Shown here: one piece after another, positions 38,451 to 52,649 of the stretch
Layout: each line of letters starts with the position of its first letter
Numbering within the stretch: position 1 is the stretch's first letter
Origin: Octopus vulgaris
Lineage: Eukaryota
Reading direction: 5' to 3'
DNA length: 64,000 nt
NCBI GenBank assembly: GCA_951406725.2
Contig: OX597827.1
Location: 1,612,001-1,676,000 of the forward strand
Program-made: the position numbers and the translations under genes
Notes under the pieces: generated by a model
Told to the model about the DNA's origin: nothing
Seen by the model: the letters and a program-made list of their open reading frames with translations, nothing else
The model's database searches: none

Positions 38451-38759
38451 TATTCTCTCTCGCATCAGTGTAATTGTATGTGTGGTGTGTGTGTGTGCCT
38501 GTATGTGCACATGAGTGTGTTTGTGGATGTGTTTACATACATAAAACAATATATATAGATATAAATATTTAATTCAATGGGTATGTATATACATACGTAA
38601 CTATTTATATACAAACAAATATAGACAAATATACACATAAATATATGTGTGTGTGTGTGTATATATATATACACATATATATAATATGCATATACATATA
38701 TACAGATATATAGAAAATTAATTATACAGTTCATATATACATATATATATATTTGTGTA

Positions 38760-38801
<42 letters not shown>

Positions 38802-39278
38802 CATATATGTATGTATATAGAGCTATATATGTAATATATTGTGGCAGCTGTTGTAGCAATTTTTCTTTCATTTCATGAAATTTTATTATTTATCAGGCTA
38901 TTAAATAAATTGTTTCTTTTAGAACTTTCAAACAGAGGCAAAACGTTTTCAATGTAGCAATTGCCTTCGTGTGTATAACTACATGAATATACATACACGT
39001 ATGGATACAGACACACTTGTACACACACAAATCATTATCACACATACATGCATACATACACACATACACTTGCACAAACACATGTACACGTGCAAACACA
39101 CTTCCATATACATTCACACAAACACGTATGTCTAAGCAGAGATATATGCCCATATGCATATGTGTGTGTATGTGTATATATATATATACATATATATATA
39201 TACATGTATATATGTGGATTTATATATATATGTACATATATACATATATAGGTTTGTGTGTGTTTGTGTGTAAATTTG

Positions 39279-39329
<51 letters not shown>

Positions 39330-39331
39330 TA

Positions 39332-39406
<75 letters not shown>

Positions 39407-39576
39407 ATTTGTATACATAGATGTATAGATGTATGTTTCTTTGTGTATGTATGTGTAATTCCATTTCTATTTGTAAGTATGTAATGAAATGAACACACAT
39501 TTCTGCATTAATATACACAAACGCATGCACACAACTACACAAATATACTATACACACACACACACACAAACACATG

Positions 39577-39640
<64 letters not shown>

Positions 39641-39672
39641 TGAATGTATAAGTGCATGTCTAAGTGTGTGTG

Positions 39673-39708
<36 letters not shown>

Positions 39709-40125
39709 CACATACATACACACACATACATGCGTTTATATCTAGTGTTACACAAGCATATTCACATGTGTTGTGGAAGTTGTATGAAATGAAAGGCGCT
39801 TACTCTGGCAGTAACACTTATTGCAAGAATTTTGATGATGTTTCTGACATTCATGTTGCTAGGGACTGGGAGATGCTTTTCTTCACTGTTGTTGTTGTTG
39901 TTGTTGTCATTTTAGTTTTGATCTTTGCCGTTGTTGTGGAAAACAATTTTCCAAAACTCAGATAAATGACAAATGCTGAAGTGCGACAATCTTGAAGTAT
40001 TGTTGTGTGCACATGTAATATATAGAAAGCAACATGGCTATAAAGATTCATACATACACACACATACGATTTTAAATGCACATACACACACAAACATATA
40101 CACATGTGCACACAGATATATGTTC

Positions 40126-40178
<53 letters not shown>

Positions 40179-40759
40179 TATATATATATATGCCTATGTA
40201 TACTTGCACCCATTCATGTATATGTATCTATCTATATATATATATATATGTTGTGTACACTTACACACACATATGTACATATATAAAATTATATATTTAT
40301 ATATACATACATATTCACATGTATACATACACATATATTTACATATATAATGTAATATATATATGCGTGTGTGTGTACACACAATGTACACACACACATA
40401 TATATAAAGTGGAAGATGATGATTAATTCCATTGCTATGCAAAGGCTCATAGCGTATGTACTCCTTCATCTGAAGGATCATACACAGGGAGAAACTCTGA
40501 GCAATGACAGAGTGAGTCATCTGTGAATGGATGATTAAACTGTAGCATTTGTGTTGAATACTCTTCCTCCTGAAGGCATATGGCTCACTGGTTACAGCAT
40601 CGGGCTCACAATCATGACATAGTGAGTTCAATTCCTGGACCAAATTGGGCATTGTGTTCTTGAGCAAACCATTTTATTTCACGTTGATCTGAGGGCAGAA
40701 ACTGAAACAAGTCTGTCGTACTCACACACTGACACCCGCACCCACATGTATATGCTAGA

Positions 40760-40912
40760 GGAATAGGCTAAGTTGATTACATTGACCCCAATGCACAACT
40801 GGTACTTATTTTATTGACCCTGAAAGGATGAAAGGCAAAGTCGACCTTGGTGGAATTTGAACTCAGAATGTAAAGGCAAATGAAATACCGTTAAGCATTT
40901 TGCCCAGCCTAC
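40760..40912 (-). mobile_element. SINE family C fragment
   Basis: gaccctgaaaggatgaaaggcaaagtcgaccttggtggaatttgaactcagaa. Confidence 0.75.
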
Positions 40913-41489
40913 TGCCTCAGATTACTTAAGATTTTGCATGCTTCATGCTGAAGAGGTCACAGATGTGTGACAAAAGATTTCCAGACAATGGACAGAGGAA
41001 CAAAAATATGGCGTGTGTGCTTATTTGGAAAAACAGAAAAAAAAGACCATCATAGTATATAACAATGACAGAACTAAAAACTGCTTTCTTGAATATGCGC
41101 TGCTGAAAGTGAGATGCCTTTAATACACAAGTGCATCTTTTATATCATTAAATGCAGTCAGTAAATAAAGAAATAAAATTAATGTTTTGGCCAGTGTACA
41201 CTAGTTCTACTGGATATGGAGTAAACGAGAAGGTGCTGGGAAATGTGGGGATTTTCTGTACTTCAAGACTGCCATGCTTCTTGAGATTCGCCAACACTAC
41301 ACTTGATTTTCTCCCCTCCATACACACACAAGCATGTTCACTTTCCAGACATTTCTACACTACTGCATGTACTTTATATGCACTTTCTGACAAGTTGTGG
41401 TGCACCTGAGCACTGTATACAATAATTTCATTATTATATATGTACCAAGTTAAGTAAAATCCTTATCTATCACACATACAGGCTTTCCC

Positions 41490-42175
41490 TTTCAGGTGCT
41501 GATACCACTTTAAAAAGCACCAGTGCTGCATTAATGCACACCCATGCCAGTGGCACATAAAAGCACCCAGCATACTCTGCTAAGTGGTTGGCATCCAGTG
41601 GTTGGAAGAGCATCCAGTCGTAGAAAGCTACCCTAAAGTCCAACCCCTCCTCAAAGTGGTCGGGTTGTGTAAATGGGCAGTGTCAGAGCTATGCCTTTGG
41701 AAACTTTGGTTCCTGGTAGGGCCACCCAAGGCAGATTGGTCTGGCACTGAGCAGTATTAGGAACGCAGCCTGGCTAAATGGGCTCTGGTGAAAATTCCAA
41801 GAGGCATCTGATCGGCAACTGGCAGCTTCGAGGTCATTTTGTCCCTGCGTCTGTGGAGACTCTGCAGCAAACAGGGTGTCCCGTCACTTGGGATATGCAT
41901 GAAGGATGTTGGGGACCACTTGTGAATTCAATATTCCCACGAAACTTCTATGAATCCTACTACTACCATGGCAAAACCATATGGTTTGTGATGCTGTCAG
42001 GACCAGAGAAGAAGCTGGCTCAACCCACCCTGGGTGAATGCCGTCACAAGTACAAATAAGTCATAGAAACCATGTGACAACAGACAGTTGGAGTCTGGAC
42101 AACTCCCTGCTAGGCAGCTCCCTGTCAGACCATCCAACCCATGCCAGCATGGAGAGTGGACATTGAACATTGATG
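41490..42175 (+). mobile_element. RTE 3' end interrupted by a GC-rich insert of about 430 bp (probably a LINE 5'UTR)
   Basis: RTE tail ...gcatccagtcgtagaaa breaks at about 41628 and resumes gtcatagaaacc...ccatccaacccatgccagcatgg at about 42060. Confidence 0.55.
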
Positions 42176-42718
42176 AAACAGCTGGCAAAAGAGAAACAAG
42201 AATACCACAAAGAAGCTGTTTCAGTAACATCAGAAAAAGGAGACAGAAGGAGGAAGATGCTGGGAAAAGATGAGATTGGCTGATGATTGAGTCTTGTCAG
42301 AATGATAAATCTTCATGTTACCAAGCGGACACGCTGCTGTTTACACGATACTAAAAAATGACGTACATCTTCAAGGAAACTAAGATACAGATGTCTAAAT
42401 GAAATACTAACAGATGTACATTTCACTGTTTACAAATATACAGTGTGTCCGTGCGTGCGCGCATGTGTGTGTGCGTGTGTGTGTGTGTGGATATTCACAC
42501 ACACACACACACACACATACACATGTTTGCTGTAAGGTAGTTGTTCTGCCTTGTCAGTCAATAGATAAGTACTTCGTCCATGTCTAAGAGCTGTTTTGAC
42601 TCTTGTTTCTAGCAATGCTGGTGCTGATTTGTGTCCTTAGTCACTGCTATGACGAGTGTGCTTGTGCCTTTTGTTTTTTAAATTACGAATAGACACCTTA
42701 ATAATAATAATAATAATG

Positions 42719-42798
<80 letters not shown>

Positions 42799-42803
<5 letters not shown>

Positions 42804-42997
42804 CATAACAAAAACACCAGGACTTACAAACACATATAACATACAGAAAATTGCACTACTAGGCACTGCACACATCCTACGCAGAACACTTTCCATACAA
42901 TAACCATCAGAGCATCACAACAAATCACAGCACATACCCAAGGCACACAGAGCTGCGCTCAGTAGTGAAGTGAAATCACGCTATAAAAATAAAACTA

Positions 42998-43000
<3 letters not shown>
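42799..43000 (+). mobile_element. 5'-truncated R4/Dong-like retrotransposon 3' end inserted in (TAA)n
   Basis: KYITKTPGLTNTYNIQKIALLGTAHILRRTLSIQ* (typical QK.ALLGTA.ILR C-terminus), about 100 bp 3'UTR, pure (AAT)n on both sides. Confidence 0.85.
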
Positions 43001-43052
<52 letters not shown>

Positions 43053-43199
43053 TATATATATATATAATATATATATAAGTGAAGCAGTCAACAACTTTGA
43101 CATGCTCACATACAAAAACAGACCAAGAGGAGTGCTCCAAGGAGCTAACAAAGGACTGAATCTTTGTCTTGATCCAAGAGCCTCTAAGGCCAAGGGGTT

Positions 43200-43830
43200 T
43201 CCTCACTCAGTGATAGGAGAGCATTCTTTGAGACATCCAGAGACTCAGCAAGTATAACCGCATCATCAACCAAATTTCTGTTTGCAATCCTGCTTCACCA
43301 CTTATCTCTACCTAGATTCATAGTGCCATTAACTGCAAGTCTGAAGTCCTCAAAAGACTGGGATGAGCTGCTGCAGTGGTGGCTGTTGATATCTGAGCAG
43401 GAGGACAAATGTTCGAGTCTTTGAGTCACTGGTCCTAATTTTACTGATCTGTTGCTGTGAAACTTGGACACTCTCTTGGGCCCTTAGGAGCCTCCTGAAC
43501 TCCTTTGGTATGAAGGTACTTGGCAAGGTTATGGGTTACCCTCAGCTGGATTGCATATCCAACAAACGACCCTACTCAGAAACTGAGATGCATCCTGTTG
43601 CTTGAATGATTTGGGATCACTAGATCGGACTGTTTTGTCATGTTTACTTAATTTTCCAAGTTTGACCCCTACTTATCATGTTCCCTTCACTGAGGATCCA
43701 GCTGGGTTGATGGCTCATGTTGCTTAACCACATATCACATGGATGCAGTAGATGATGAGTTATCTTGTGGTGATGGGTACTAAATGGGATTCAGCTCGAT
43801 AGCTCACATGGGAGGACCCAGAAATATGTT
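43200..43830 (+). pseudogene. Heavily decayed RTE-clade RT C-terminal fragment
   Basis: Broken translation includes SEVLKRLG, RVFESLVL, CCETWTL, NSFGMKVLGKVMGY. Confidence 0.55.
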
Positions 43831-43834
43831 GAAC

Positions 43835-44285
43835 TCATGATCTTAAGATTGTGGTTTCGATTATTGGACTGGGTGATGTGTTGTGTTCTTGAGCAAAACA
43901 CTTCACTTCACGTTGCTCCAATCCACTCAGCTGGCAAAAGTGAGTTACCATGTGATGGACTGGCATCCTGTCCAGGTGGGGAGACTATAAGCCATGAATC
44001 CAAGAAACCAGCCCTTATGAGTTGGTATGTCTTGAGAAAGTCACTTTAACTTTATGTGGCTTAGTGGTGAGTGTGCTGGAATCATGTTTGTAAGATGGTA
44101 GTTTTGATTCCTGGCATGGCCAATGCATGGTGTCCTTGAGTAAAGCACTTGGCTCCAGTCCACTCAATTGGCAAAGATGAATCACCCTGTGATGAACTGG
44201 CATTCCATCCAACTGAGGAATCTATACACCGAGGGAAATGGGAAAGCAGCCCTTATGAGTCGCAATGACTCAAGAAGGTAACTTT
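43835..44285 (+). mobile_element. Two tandem SINE family B-related copies
   Basis: Two heads (gtttcgatt / gttttgattcc), each followed by ttgag..aa.cactt..ctcca.tccactca and ending gcccttatgagt. Confidence 0.65.
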
Positions 44286-44334
44286 AGCTTTATTTTACCA
44301 AGGAGCATGCTGACCAATGTTGGATGTAGCAATT

Positions 44335-44772
44335 TATTTCCTTATTTTCCACAGGAGGCTAAACATACAGGGAACAAACAATGACAGACAAAGCAATTAA
44401 GTCGATCGCGGCGAGCTGGCAGAATCGTTAGCACATCAGGCGAAATGCCGAGTGGTATTTCGTCTGCCGTTATGCTCTGAGTACAATTTCCGCCGAGGTC
44501 GACTTTGCCTTTCATCCTTTTGGGGTCGATAAATTAAGTACCAGTTATGCACTGGGGTCAATATTATCGACTTAATCCATTTGTCTGTCCTTGTTTGTCC
44601 CCTCTGTGTTTAGCCCTTTGTGGGTAGTAAAGAAATAGGTACTTATTTAATTGACCCTGAAAGGATGAAAGGCAAAGTCGATCTCGGTGGAATTTGAACT
44701 CAGAACATAACAGCAGCCGAAATACCGCTAAGCATTCCGGCTGGTGTGCTAACAATTCTGCCAGCTTGCTAC
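44335..44772. mobile_element. SINE family C cluster: full plus-strand copy (44408-44641) between the two halves of a minus-strand copy
   Basis: Tail fragment (-) 44335-44406; complete (+) copy gcggcgagctggcagaatcgttagc...gtaaagaaatagg; head fragment (-) 44642-44772. Confidence 0.85.
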
Positions 44773-45221
44773 CTTTGGATGATGGATTTAGCAATGCACT
44801 GAAATGGCACATGCTCCCACATCTGACCCGATCTATATATATATGTATGTAAGTATGTATACACACCCTTTATCTTTTATTTATATCATTCATTGTAATG
44901 CAGCCATGCTGGGGCAGTACCTTGTAGGGGTTAGTCAAGTAAATTGACTCCTGTACAGATATAATTTTCAGTCTGGTACATATTTTATTGATCTCTTTTT
45001 GCCAAACTGTTAAGTTATGCATCCAATGGCAATTGTCAAGTGGTTGTGGGTGACAAACACTAAGACAACCATCCTCCCATATATATATATATTATATATA
45101 TGATATAGATATATATACATACACATATACATACATGCGTGTGTATATATATATGTATATATGTATATGTGTATGTATATATATCCAACTATATCTATAT
45201 CTATCTATCTGCCTATCTATA

Positions 45222-45330
<109 letters not shown>

Positions 45331-45902
45331 ATATATATATATATATATATACAACAGGCTCTTTTCAGGTTCTGTCAACTAAATCCTCACACAAGTCTTT
45401 GGTTGGCCTGTGGCCATTATAGGAAAAACGAAAATCTTGCCCAAGGTGACACTTCCAACCACACAGCCATTCCTGCACATGTCAATCTCTCTCTTTCTCT
45501 CTCTATACACACATATATATATATATATATATATATGCAAATATCTTTGTATGTGTGTACACACACACACACACATTTGTTTGTGTGTGTGTGTGTGGCT
45601 GTCTGTCTGCGTGTGGGCATGAGATTCTCCTTATCCTGTTCTATTCTGTTTTATTCTATTCATTTTGCCATGAGTGAAACCTGAGAAAATAGCATCATCA
45701 GCTTCACTACCATTGCCACCACCACCACCACTACCATTGTTGAATTCATCATCATCATCATTATTATCACTAATGCCACCACCAACATTATCACTGCCAC
45801 TACCACCACTGACACTGACACAGACACCACAACCATCACTACCACTACCGCCATTAACAAGGACACACAATCAAATAAGAATATAATAATAATAATAATA
45901 AC

Positions 45903-46117
45903 AATCCTCTCTACTACAGGCACAAGACCTGAAATTTGTGGGGAGGGACTGGTCAATTGCATCGACCCCAGTGTTTCACTGGTACTCAATTTATTGACCC
46001 CAAAATGATGAAAGGTAAAGTTGCCCTTGGTGGAATTTGAACTCAGAACACAGCGACAGACAAAATACCGCTAAGCATTTCGTCTGGCTTGCTAATGATT
46101 CTGCCAGATCCCCACCT
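45903..46117 (-). mobile_element. SINE family C
   Basis: ctactacaggcacaagacctgaaattt...gaatttgaactcagaac...gattctgccag. Confidence 0.8.
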
Positions 46118-46128
46118 TAATGATGATG

Positions 46129-46186
<58 letters not shown>

Positions 46187-47133
46187 TAATAATAATGATA
46201 ATAATAATGAGAAGAAGAAGAAGAAGAAGAAGAAGAAGAAGAAGAAGAAGAAGAAGAAGAAGAAGAAGAAGAAGAAGAAGAAGAAGAAGAAGAAGAAAAA
46301 GGTGATGGCAATGACAATGATAAGGACTAAAATGATAGCAATGATGATGATGATGATAAAGATGTTAGTGATGGCAATAACGACAATGATTAAGATGAGG
46401 GCGATGGTGATGGTGATGAACATGATGATGATCCTGATGATGATGATGACGTTGATGATGATGATGATGATGACTGTGATGAAGATGATGACAAAGACAA
46501 TGACGACAATAATGATGGTAAGGATGATGATGACGACGATGGCGCCAATGATGATGATGATGATGATGCTGACAATGACGACGACGATGATATTGTGCAA
46601 CAAAGAAGACAAGTATAAGCTCGGAGCTAGATGGCATCTAAATAAAGTCTTTGTTGGAATTGCAGCGAAGCGTGTCTTATCAGGTGATGACTGTGGAAAG
46701 AAGACTTCACTTATAGAGCTGTGTGTGTGTGTCTCTCTCCCGACATGTAGTGTCTCCCACCGTTACTGGCATTTAAACATACACATATGTACATACATAC
46801 ATTCACACACACACACACACACATATATATATACATATGAATATATATGTGTGTGCATGTGTGAACGTGTGTGTGTCTGTATGTTTATGTCCATATATAT
46901 ATATATATATGTACAAGCATGCATGTGTGCAGTTACCTATGCATGCTGGGACAGCTGTATATATATGTGTGTGTGTGTGTGTGTGTGCGTGTCTGTGTGT
47001 ATATATATATTGTCTTTATTTGGTGACTAGAACATAACATGCTCTATATTTTCAAATGTTGAGTACTTCATTCTGTTGTACATATAAGCGTTATTTTTAT
47101 GAACAAACACACAAGAATATGTGAGCCTGGAAA

Positions 47134-47192
<59 letters not shown>

Positions 47193-47268
47193 ACACACAC
47201 ATATACACACACACATACAGCCACACATGCACACAAACAAACATTCAAACTCGCATATACAAACATAA

Positions 47269-47302
<34 letters not shown>

Positions 47303-47317
47303 CTTCTTTTTTTCTTT

Positions 47318-47348
<31 letters not shown>

Positions 47349-47359
47349 GTATATGTATG

Positions 47360-47393
<34 letters not shown>

Positions 47394-47904
47394 AAGACAT
47401 ATATGTATATATATACATATATATGCACACACACATATTTGCATATATATGCATTATATATATATATATATATATTACACAGATAATATACATATGTATA
47501 TAAATGTATGCACACATGCACACACACACATATACAAATACAAACATACATGCACACACACATGTGTATGTGTATATATACAAGCACATCTACACACACA
47601 CATCTACACACACACAGAGGCCACTGGTAAATTTAATTATACATAATGTAGATACAAGCACCGGCAGAGTATTGATGGACAATCTGCTGGAAAGGAAAAG
47701 GTATTGTTGGGATATACTGTGGCAGAGTGAAAATGTCATGCTTCCATACAATGGTAGATTGGAGGTAGTTGTGTAAGGGGGGGGGAGCGATTGTGGTGGT
47801 GGTGGTAGGGATAGTGATGGTGTTGGTTGTGGTGGTGATGGTGAAGATGGCAGCAATGCTTGTGGTGATGGTGGTTGTGCTTTCATTGGTGGTGGTGGTG
47901 GTAG

Positions 47905-48285
47905 TGGTAGTGCTGATGTTGGTTGCTGTAGTGATGGGGAAGATGGTAAGTGGTGGTTGTGGTGCTGCTGTGGTGGTGGTGGTGGTGGTGGTGGTGGTGG
48001 TGGTGGTGGTAGTGGTGGTGGTAGTGCTGATGTTGGTTGTCGTAGTGATGGGGAAGATGGTAAGTGGTGGTTGTGGTGCTGCTGTGGTGGTGGTGGTGGT
48101 GGTGGTAGTGCTGATGTTGGTTGCCGTAGTGATGGGGAAGATGGTAAGTGGTGGTTGTGGTGCTGCTGTGGTGGTGGTGGTGGTGGTGGTGGTGGTGGTA
48201 GTGGTGGTGGTAGTGCTGATGTTGGTTGTCGTAGTGATGGGGAAGATGGTAAGTGGTGGTTGTGGTGCTGCTGTGGTGCTGGTGG
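47905..48285. repeat. Minisatellite: 4 copies of a unit of about 63 bp separated by variable (GGT)n
   Basis: gtagtgctgatgttggttg(tc)gtagtgatggggaagatggtaagtggtggttgtggtgctgctgt x4. Confidence 0.95.
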
Positions 48286-48708
48286 TGGTGGTGGCTGAGG
48301 TGTTGGTGATGATGATGGTGGGGGTAGCGGTGGTACAGTTGGCAGTGGTCGGTGATGGTAGTTGTAGTGGTTAAGGTAGAAGTGGTGATGGTGGTGATGA
48401 TAGTTGTGGTGACAGTGAGAGTGATGGTAGTAGTAGTGGTTGTGGTGGTTGTGATGTAGTTGTGGCAGTGGTGGTGGTGGTGTTAAGGGCGCTAGTGATA
48501 GTCGTAGTGGTATGGTAGCAAAGGTGACAACACTTGAGTGGGAGTGGGTGGGGGGAACATGTGCTGATTTCTGAATGAACGTTTGAATGGTAAGTTGAAT
48601 AGATGGCTTCATAGATGAATGGGTGGATGGATGAATAGAAAGATGGACAGGTAGACAGTTGGAGAAAATATTGGATAGGTAATCATATATATGTGTGTGG
48701 TGGGGTAT

Positions 48709-49940
48709 CATCATCATCATCGTCGTTTAACGTCCACTTTCCATGCTGGCATAGGTTGGACGGTTTGACTGAAGGCTGGCAAACCAGAAGGCTGCACCAG
48801 CCTCCAATCTGATCCGGCAAAGTTTCTAAGGCCTTTCGATTCTAATCCTTGCTTCTGCACCTGAAACTTCTCCTCTATTTCTGATAGTGGCTCAGCTATT
48901 AGAGCAAGGTCAACAGCACAGAGAAGCTACCAAAGGCATCCTGTCTTGAATTCCTCTGTTATTGCCTGGAGGACTATGATGAATAAGAGGGGGCTGAGGA
49001 CTGATCCTTGGTGGACCCCTAACCATACTTCCCTTTACTCATTGCCAACCCTCACCTTACTGACAGCATCCCTGTACATGGCTTGTACAGCTCTCACCAA
49101 CCACTCATCTATCCCTAGTTTTTGCATTGACCACCAGATAAGGGACTGGGCGACCTTGTCAAAAGCTTTCTCCATGTCAACGAAAGAAGCCAAGTATTTG
49201 GCCAAGTATTTCTCCTGCAGCTGTCTTACCAGAAATATAGCACAAACCCAAACTGCATCTCATCTAAAGTGACTCTCTCCCTAATCAGTTGGGCTATGAC
49301 CCTTTCAGTGATGTTTCATTATCTGATCCAGCAAATTGATACCTCTGTAAATATTCCTATCTAATGCATCAACTTTACCTTTGTAGCAGTTGACTATGGT
49401 GCTGCTACACCAGTCATTGGGTATGACTCCTTCATGTATCACCTGATTGACTATATAGGTGACTAGACTATAGCCAACACCACCACATATTTTAAGCATC
49501 TCTGCAGTGATTATTGATGGACTGGGGGCTTTCCCTGTCTTCATACCCTTAATTGCTTTATCTGCCAAGGTACTTTCAATTTGGACAGCTGGTCCCTCTG
49601 TTTGCTCAGCATTCAGCAGTCTCACTTTCTCCCATTCATTTTCTTCATTTAGCAACCTTTCATAGTGGCATCTCAAAGTCTCTCTCTTTGCAGCCTCATT
49701 AAATACAAATGAACCATCATCCATGCAAACATATTTCTCTCCTATGACATCATGATTCTCTTTCACACACTGTCTTGCGACATGAAACACTTCAAGTGTT
49801 TGGTCCTCACAACGTAGAACATTGGCAAATTTTTTCTTATCTTCTTCCCCTCTGGCTAAATAAACCTTTCTCCTAGCTTCCTTTCTGGCAATCTGATAAA
49901 ATTTCCTGCTACCACCATTCTTTCAGTCCTGTCAACTATG
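48709..49940 (-). mobile_element. Internally deleted RTE LINE (RT fragment plus 3' tail)
   Basis: ORF 49305-49790: HYERLLNEENEW...KAIKGMKTGKAP..IITAEMLK...IPNDWCSSTIVNCYKGK..LDRNIYRGINLL; further RT remnants incl. GVHQGSVLSPLLFIIVL near 49000; tail ...ggacgttaaac(gat)n at 48709-48830. Confidence 0.92.
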
Positions 49941-49971
49941 TTTTTCTACACCACATTATCTTGGGTTGAGA

Positions 49972-50027
<56 letters not shown>

Positions 50028-50323
50028 GTCATAAATGATAGAAATAATTTGACAAAATTTTATTTAACAATAAGAAAATTATAATATCACAACAAATTGT
50101 TTCATAATTTAAAAGCATGTAAATAATTCAATTACTTGTCTGCATTAATGCAAAATGCAAAAAAATCCTTCATATATGTTTATTTACACAGGCACACAGA
50201 CACACACACACACACACACACACATAAATGTTTGTCGAACAGTCAGCTAAAGGCTAATTATGATGAAACTTCAAAGTCACTGTCAACACTGGTCTTGTAA
50301 AAGAATAATATATATGTACAGAC

Positions 50324-50467
<144 letters not shown>

Positions 50468-50488
50468 AAGATAGATAGATAGATAGAT

Positions 50489-50571
<83 letters not shown>

Positions 50572-50577
50572 AAGACT

Positions 50578-50614
<37 letters not shown>

Positions 50615-51317
50615 GCTGATAGCTAAACTGGTTGATAGATGTGATAAATGAGTGGAGAGATAGATGGATAGATAGGATGTAGATGCGTGTCATAGATGTA
50701 TGAGAGGATAGATGGTTGGTTGGATTGATGGAGGGGAAGTTTCAGGTTTGGTGTCTATATGCTGTTGAAAATAACACATGCATTGATCGAAGCCAGGAAT
50801 CCAAGCCAAAACAAGCCCCACCCCCACTGACAACCTCTAAAAAAAAATAACAAAATGTATATACAAAAAAAATTAAAAAATACAAATAAATAAATAAAAC
50901 AATCAAAGCTAAGCTAAGTTAAGCCAAGCCAAGCCAAGGGAAGATAATTATATAACGAGAAATAGCCAGGATAATTGCAGTTAGCAGGATCCATATATAA
51001 CTTAATTGCAAATGACGGAGACATACTCTTGGGAGGAGAAAACACAACTAGAGTGGCGAGAGCATGCTTAAAATTGATTGTGTCAAAAATCTAAGATGAC
51101 ATGCAATGGTAGTCAAATTGTAGAGAAATCTATTTTAGTTGGAGTAAATAATTCCATTCCTGGCTGCCAACACACTGCCACACTTCTATGCTACCACATT
51201 ATCATACCACTAATAATCTGAGAGAAAAGAATCTATCTATCTATCTTTCTATCTATCTGTTTGCCAGCCTGTTTGCCTGTATGCCTCACTGTCTGTCTGT
51301 CTGTCTGTTTCTCTCTC

Positions 51318-51366
<49 letters not shown>

Positions 51367-51530
51367 CTTTATTGCCCACAGGAGGCTAAACATAGAGGGG
51401 ACAAACAAAGGGTTTAAGTCGATTACACCAACCTCAGTGCATAACTGGTACTTATTTAATCGAGCCCTGTATATCTGTATACTTATCTATCTATATATAT
51501 CCATTTATCAATCTCTCTGTCTGCTTGCCA

Positions 51531-51636
<106 letters not shown>

Positions 51637-51979
51637 ATCTAACAGTCCTCACTCCCTAAACAGGTGTTCCATGTGTATATATAATCTATATATGTATATA
51701 TACACCTGTATATACATTGTTATGGGCATCAGCATTATCAAACGATTACAGTAAGGTCCCAGTTTAGTTGTTCCACAGCACAACATATTGAGTAAATGCT
51801 GGGGGTAACTCAAGTTTTGTGAGTGAAATTGGTTTACAGAAAGTATGGAAGCCCATCAAATGAACAGAACCAAATACTCAAATGCTTTGCCATGTACTAT
51901 GTTATGCTGATTCTGCCTTAGAATTACAAATGACTGAAACAAGTAAAAGAGAAAAAAATATATGCATATATATATAGTT

Positions 51980-52200
51980 CATCTTTTATCTTTTGTTTGT
52001 TTGAGTCCTTAGACTGTGGCCATGCTGGGGTACCACATTGAAGAGTTTTAGATGAATGAATCAACACCAGAACTTTTGTTTTTAAAGCCTGGTAACCATC
52101 CGATCTGTTTCTTTTGCAAAACTGTTAAGTTGCAAGGACTTAAACAAGCACACACCAACAGTGGTTGTCAATTGGTAGTGGGGACAAACACACACACATA
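51980..52200 (-). mobile_element. SINE family A, 3' half
   Basis: cttttatctttt...gactgtggccatgctgggg...caccaacagtggttgtcaa...gggacaaacac. Confidence 0.7.
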
Positions 52201-52649
52201 CACAGATGGACACATAGACACACACAGACAGATACAGATATAGACACAGAGACACACAAAGACACACAGACACATAGACACACAAACATAACAAGAACAA
52301 AAGTGATTAAAAAATCCAAGCAGAAATCACTGAGTTTTAAATGAATTTGGTTAACTATATCCAACAATCAGACACCAATAAATGCAAGTAGAACACACAT
52401 CCAAGGTAATTCCACATGTATGACATGTAGATCCAAATATGTACGATGGCACCATTTGTTGCTGAGCAACAACCACAGAATTTTGTTGACAATTATGGGC
52501 AACAAATTGCCCCTTGTATTGCACTTTCAAATTCCCCTGGAATAAAAGTATAAGTGAAATCTCTCATTGGAAAAACAAGTAGGGTTAGTGATAGGAAGGG
52601 CAACTCTACATAAAAATTCTGCCTCAGCTCTTGTCTTAGTCGTCCTAGT

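Noticed and set aside
40944-40985. Possible HHR: CTGAAGA G GTCAC AGATGT GTGAC AAAAGATTT
   Set aside because: Stem II is good but GAAA is altered and stem I does not pair; insufficient without other copies.
41630-42040. HDV-like ribozyme in the putative RTE 5'UTR
   Set aside because: Could not build a consistent P1/P2/P3 nested pseudoknot by eye.
46666-46683. 18-nt plus-strand microexon (tgcag|CGAAGCGTGTCTTATCAG|GTGATG)
   Set aside because: Weak donor and pyrimidine tract; such matches are expected by chance in 64 kb.
46089-47030. 313-aa ORF and the many YIYI/THTH/LSIY/poly-M ORFs
   Set aside because: Translations of microsatellites that lack stop codons.
47905-48285. CRISPR-like repeat/spacer appearance
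   Set aside because: Eukaryotic context, spacers are just (GGT)n, and no cas genes.
47590-48720. 376-aa Pro/His-rich ORF (longest in the track)
   Set aside because: Explained by (GGT)n-derived repeats; no domain and no splice context.
50920-51030. Minus-strand peptide SYIWILLTAIILAISRYIIIFP resembling a GPCR TM3/DRY region
   Set aside because: Ends in a stop with no donor and no other TM exons; hydrophobic readings are common in AT-rich DNA.
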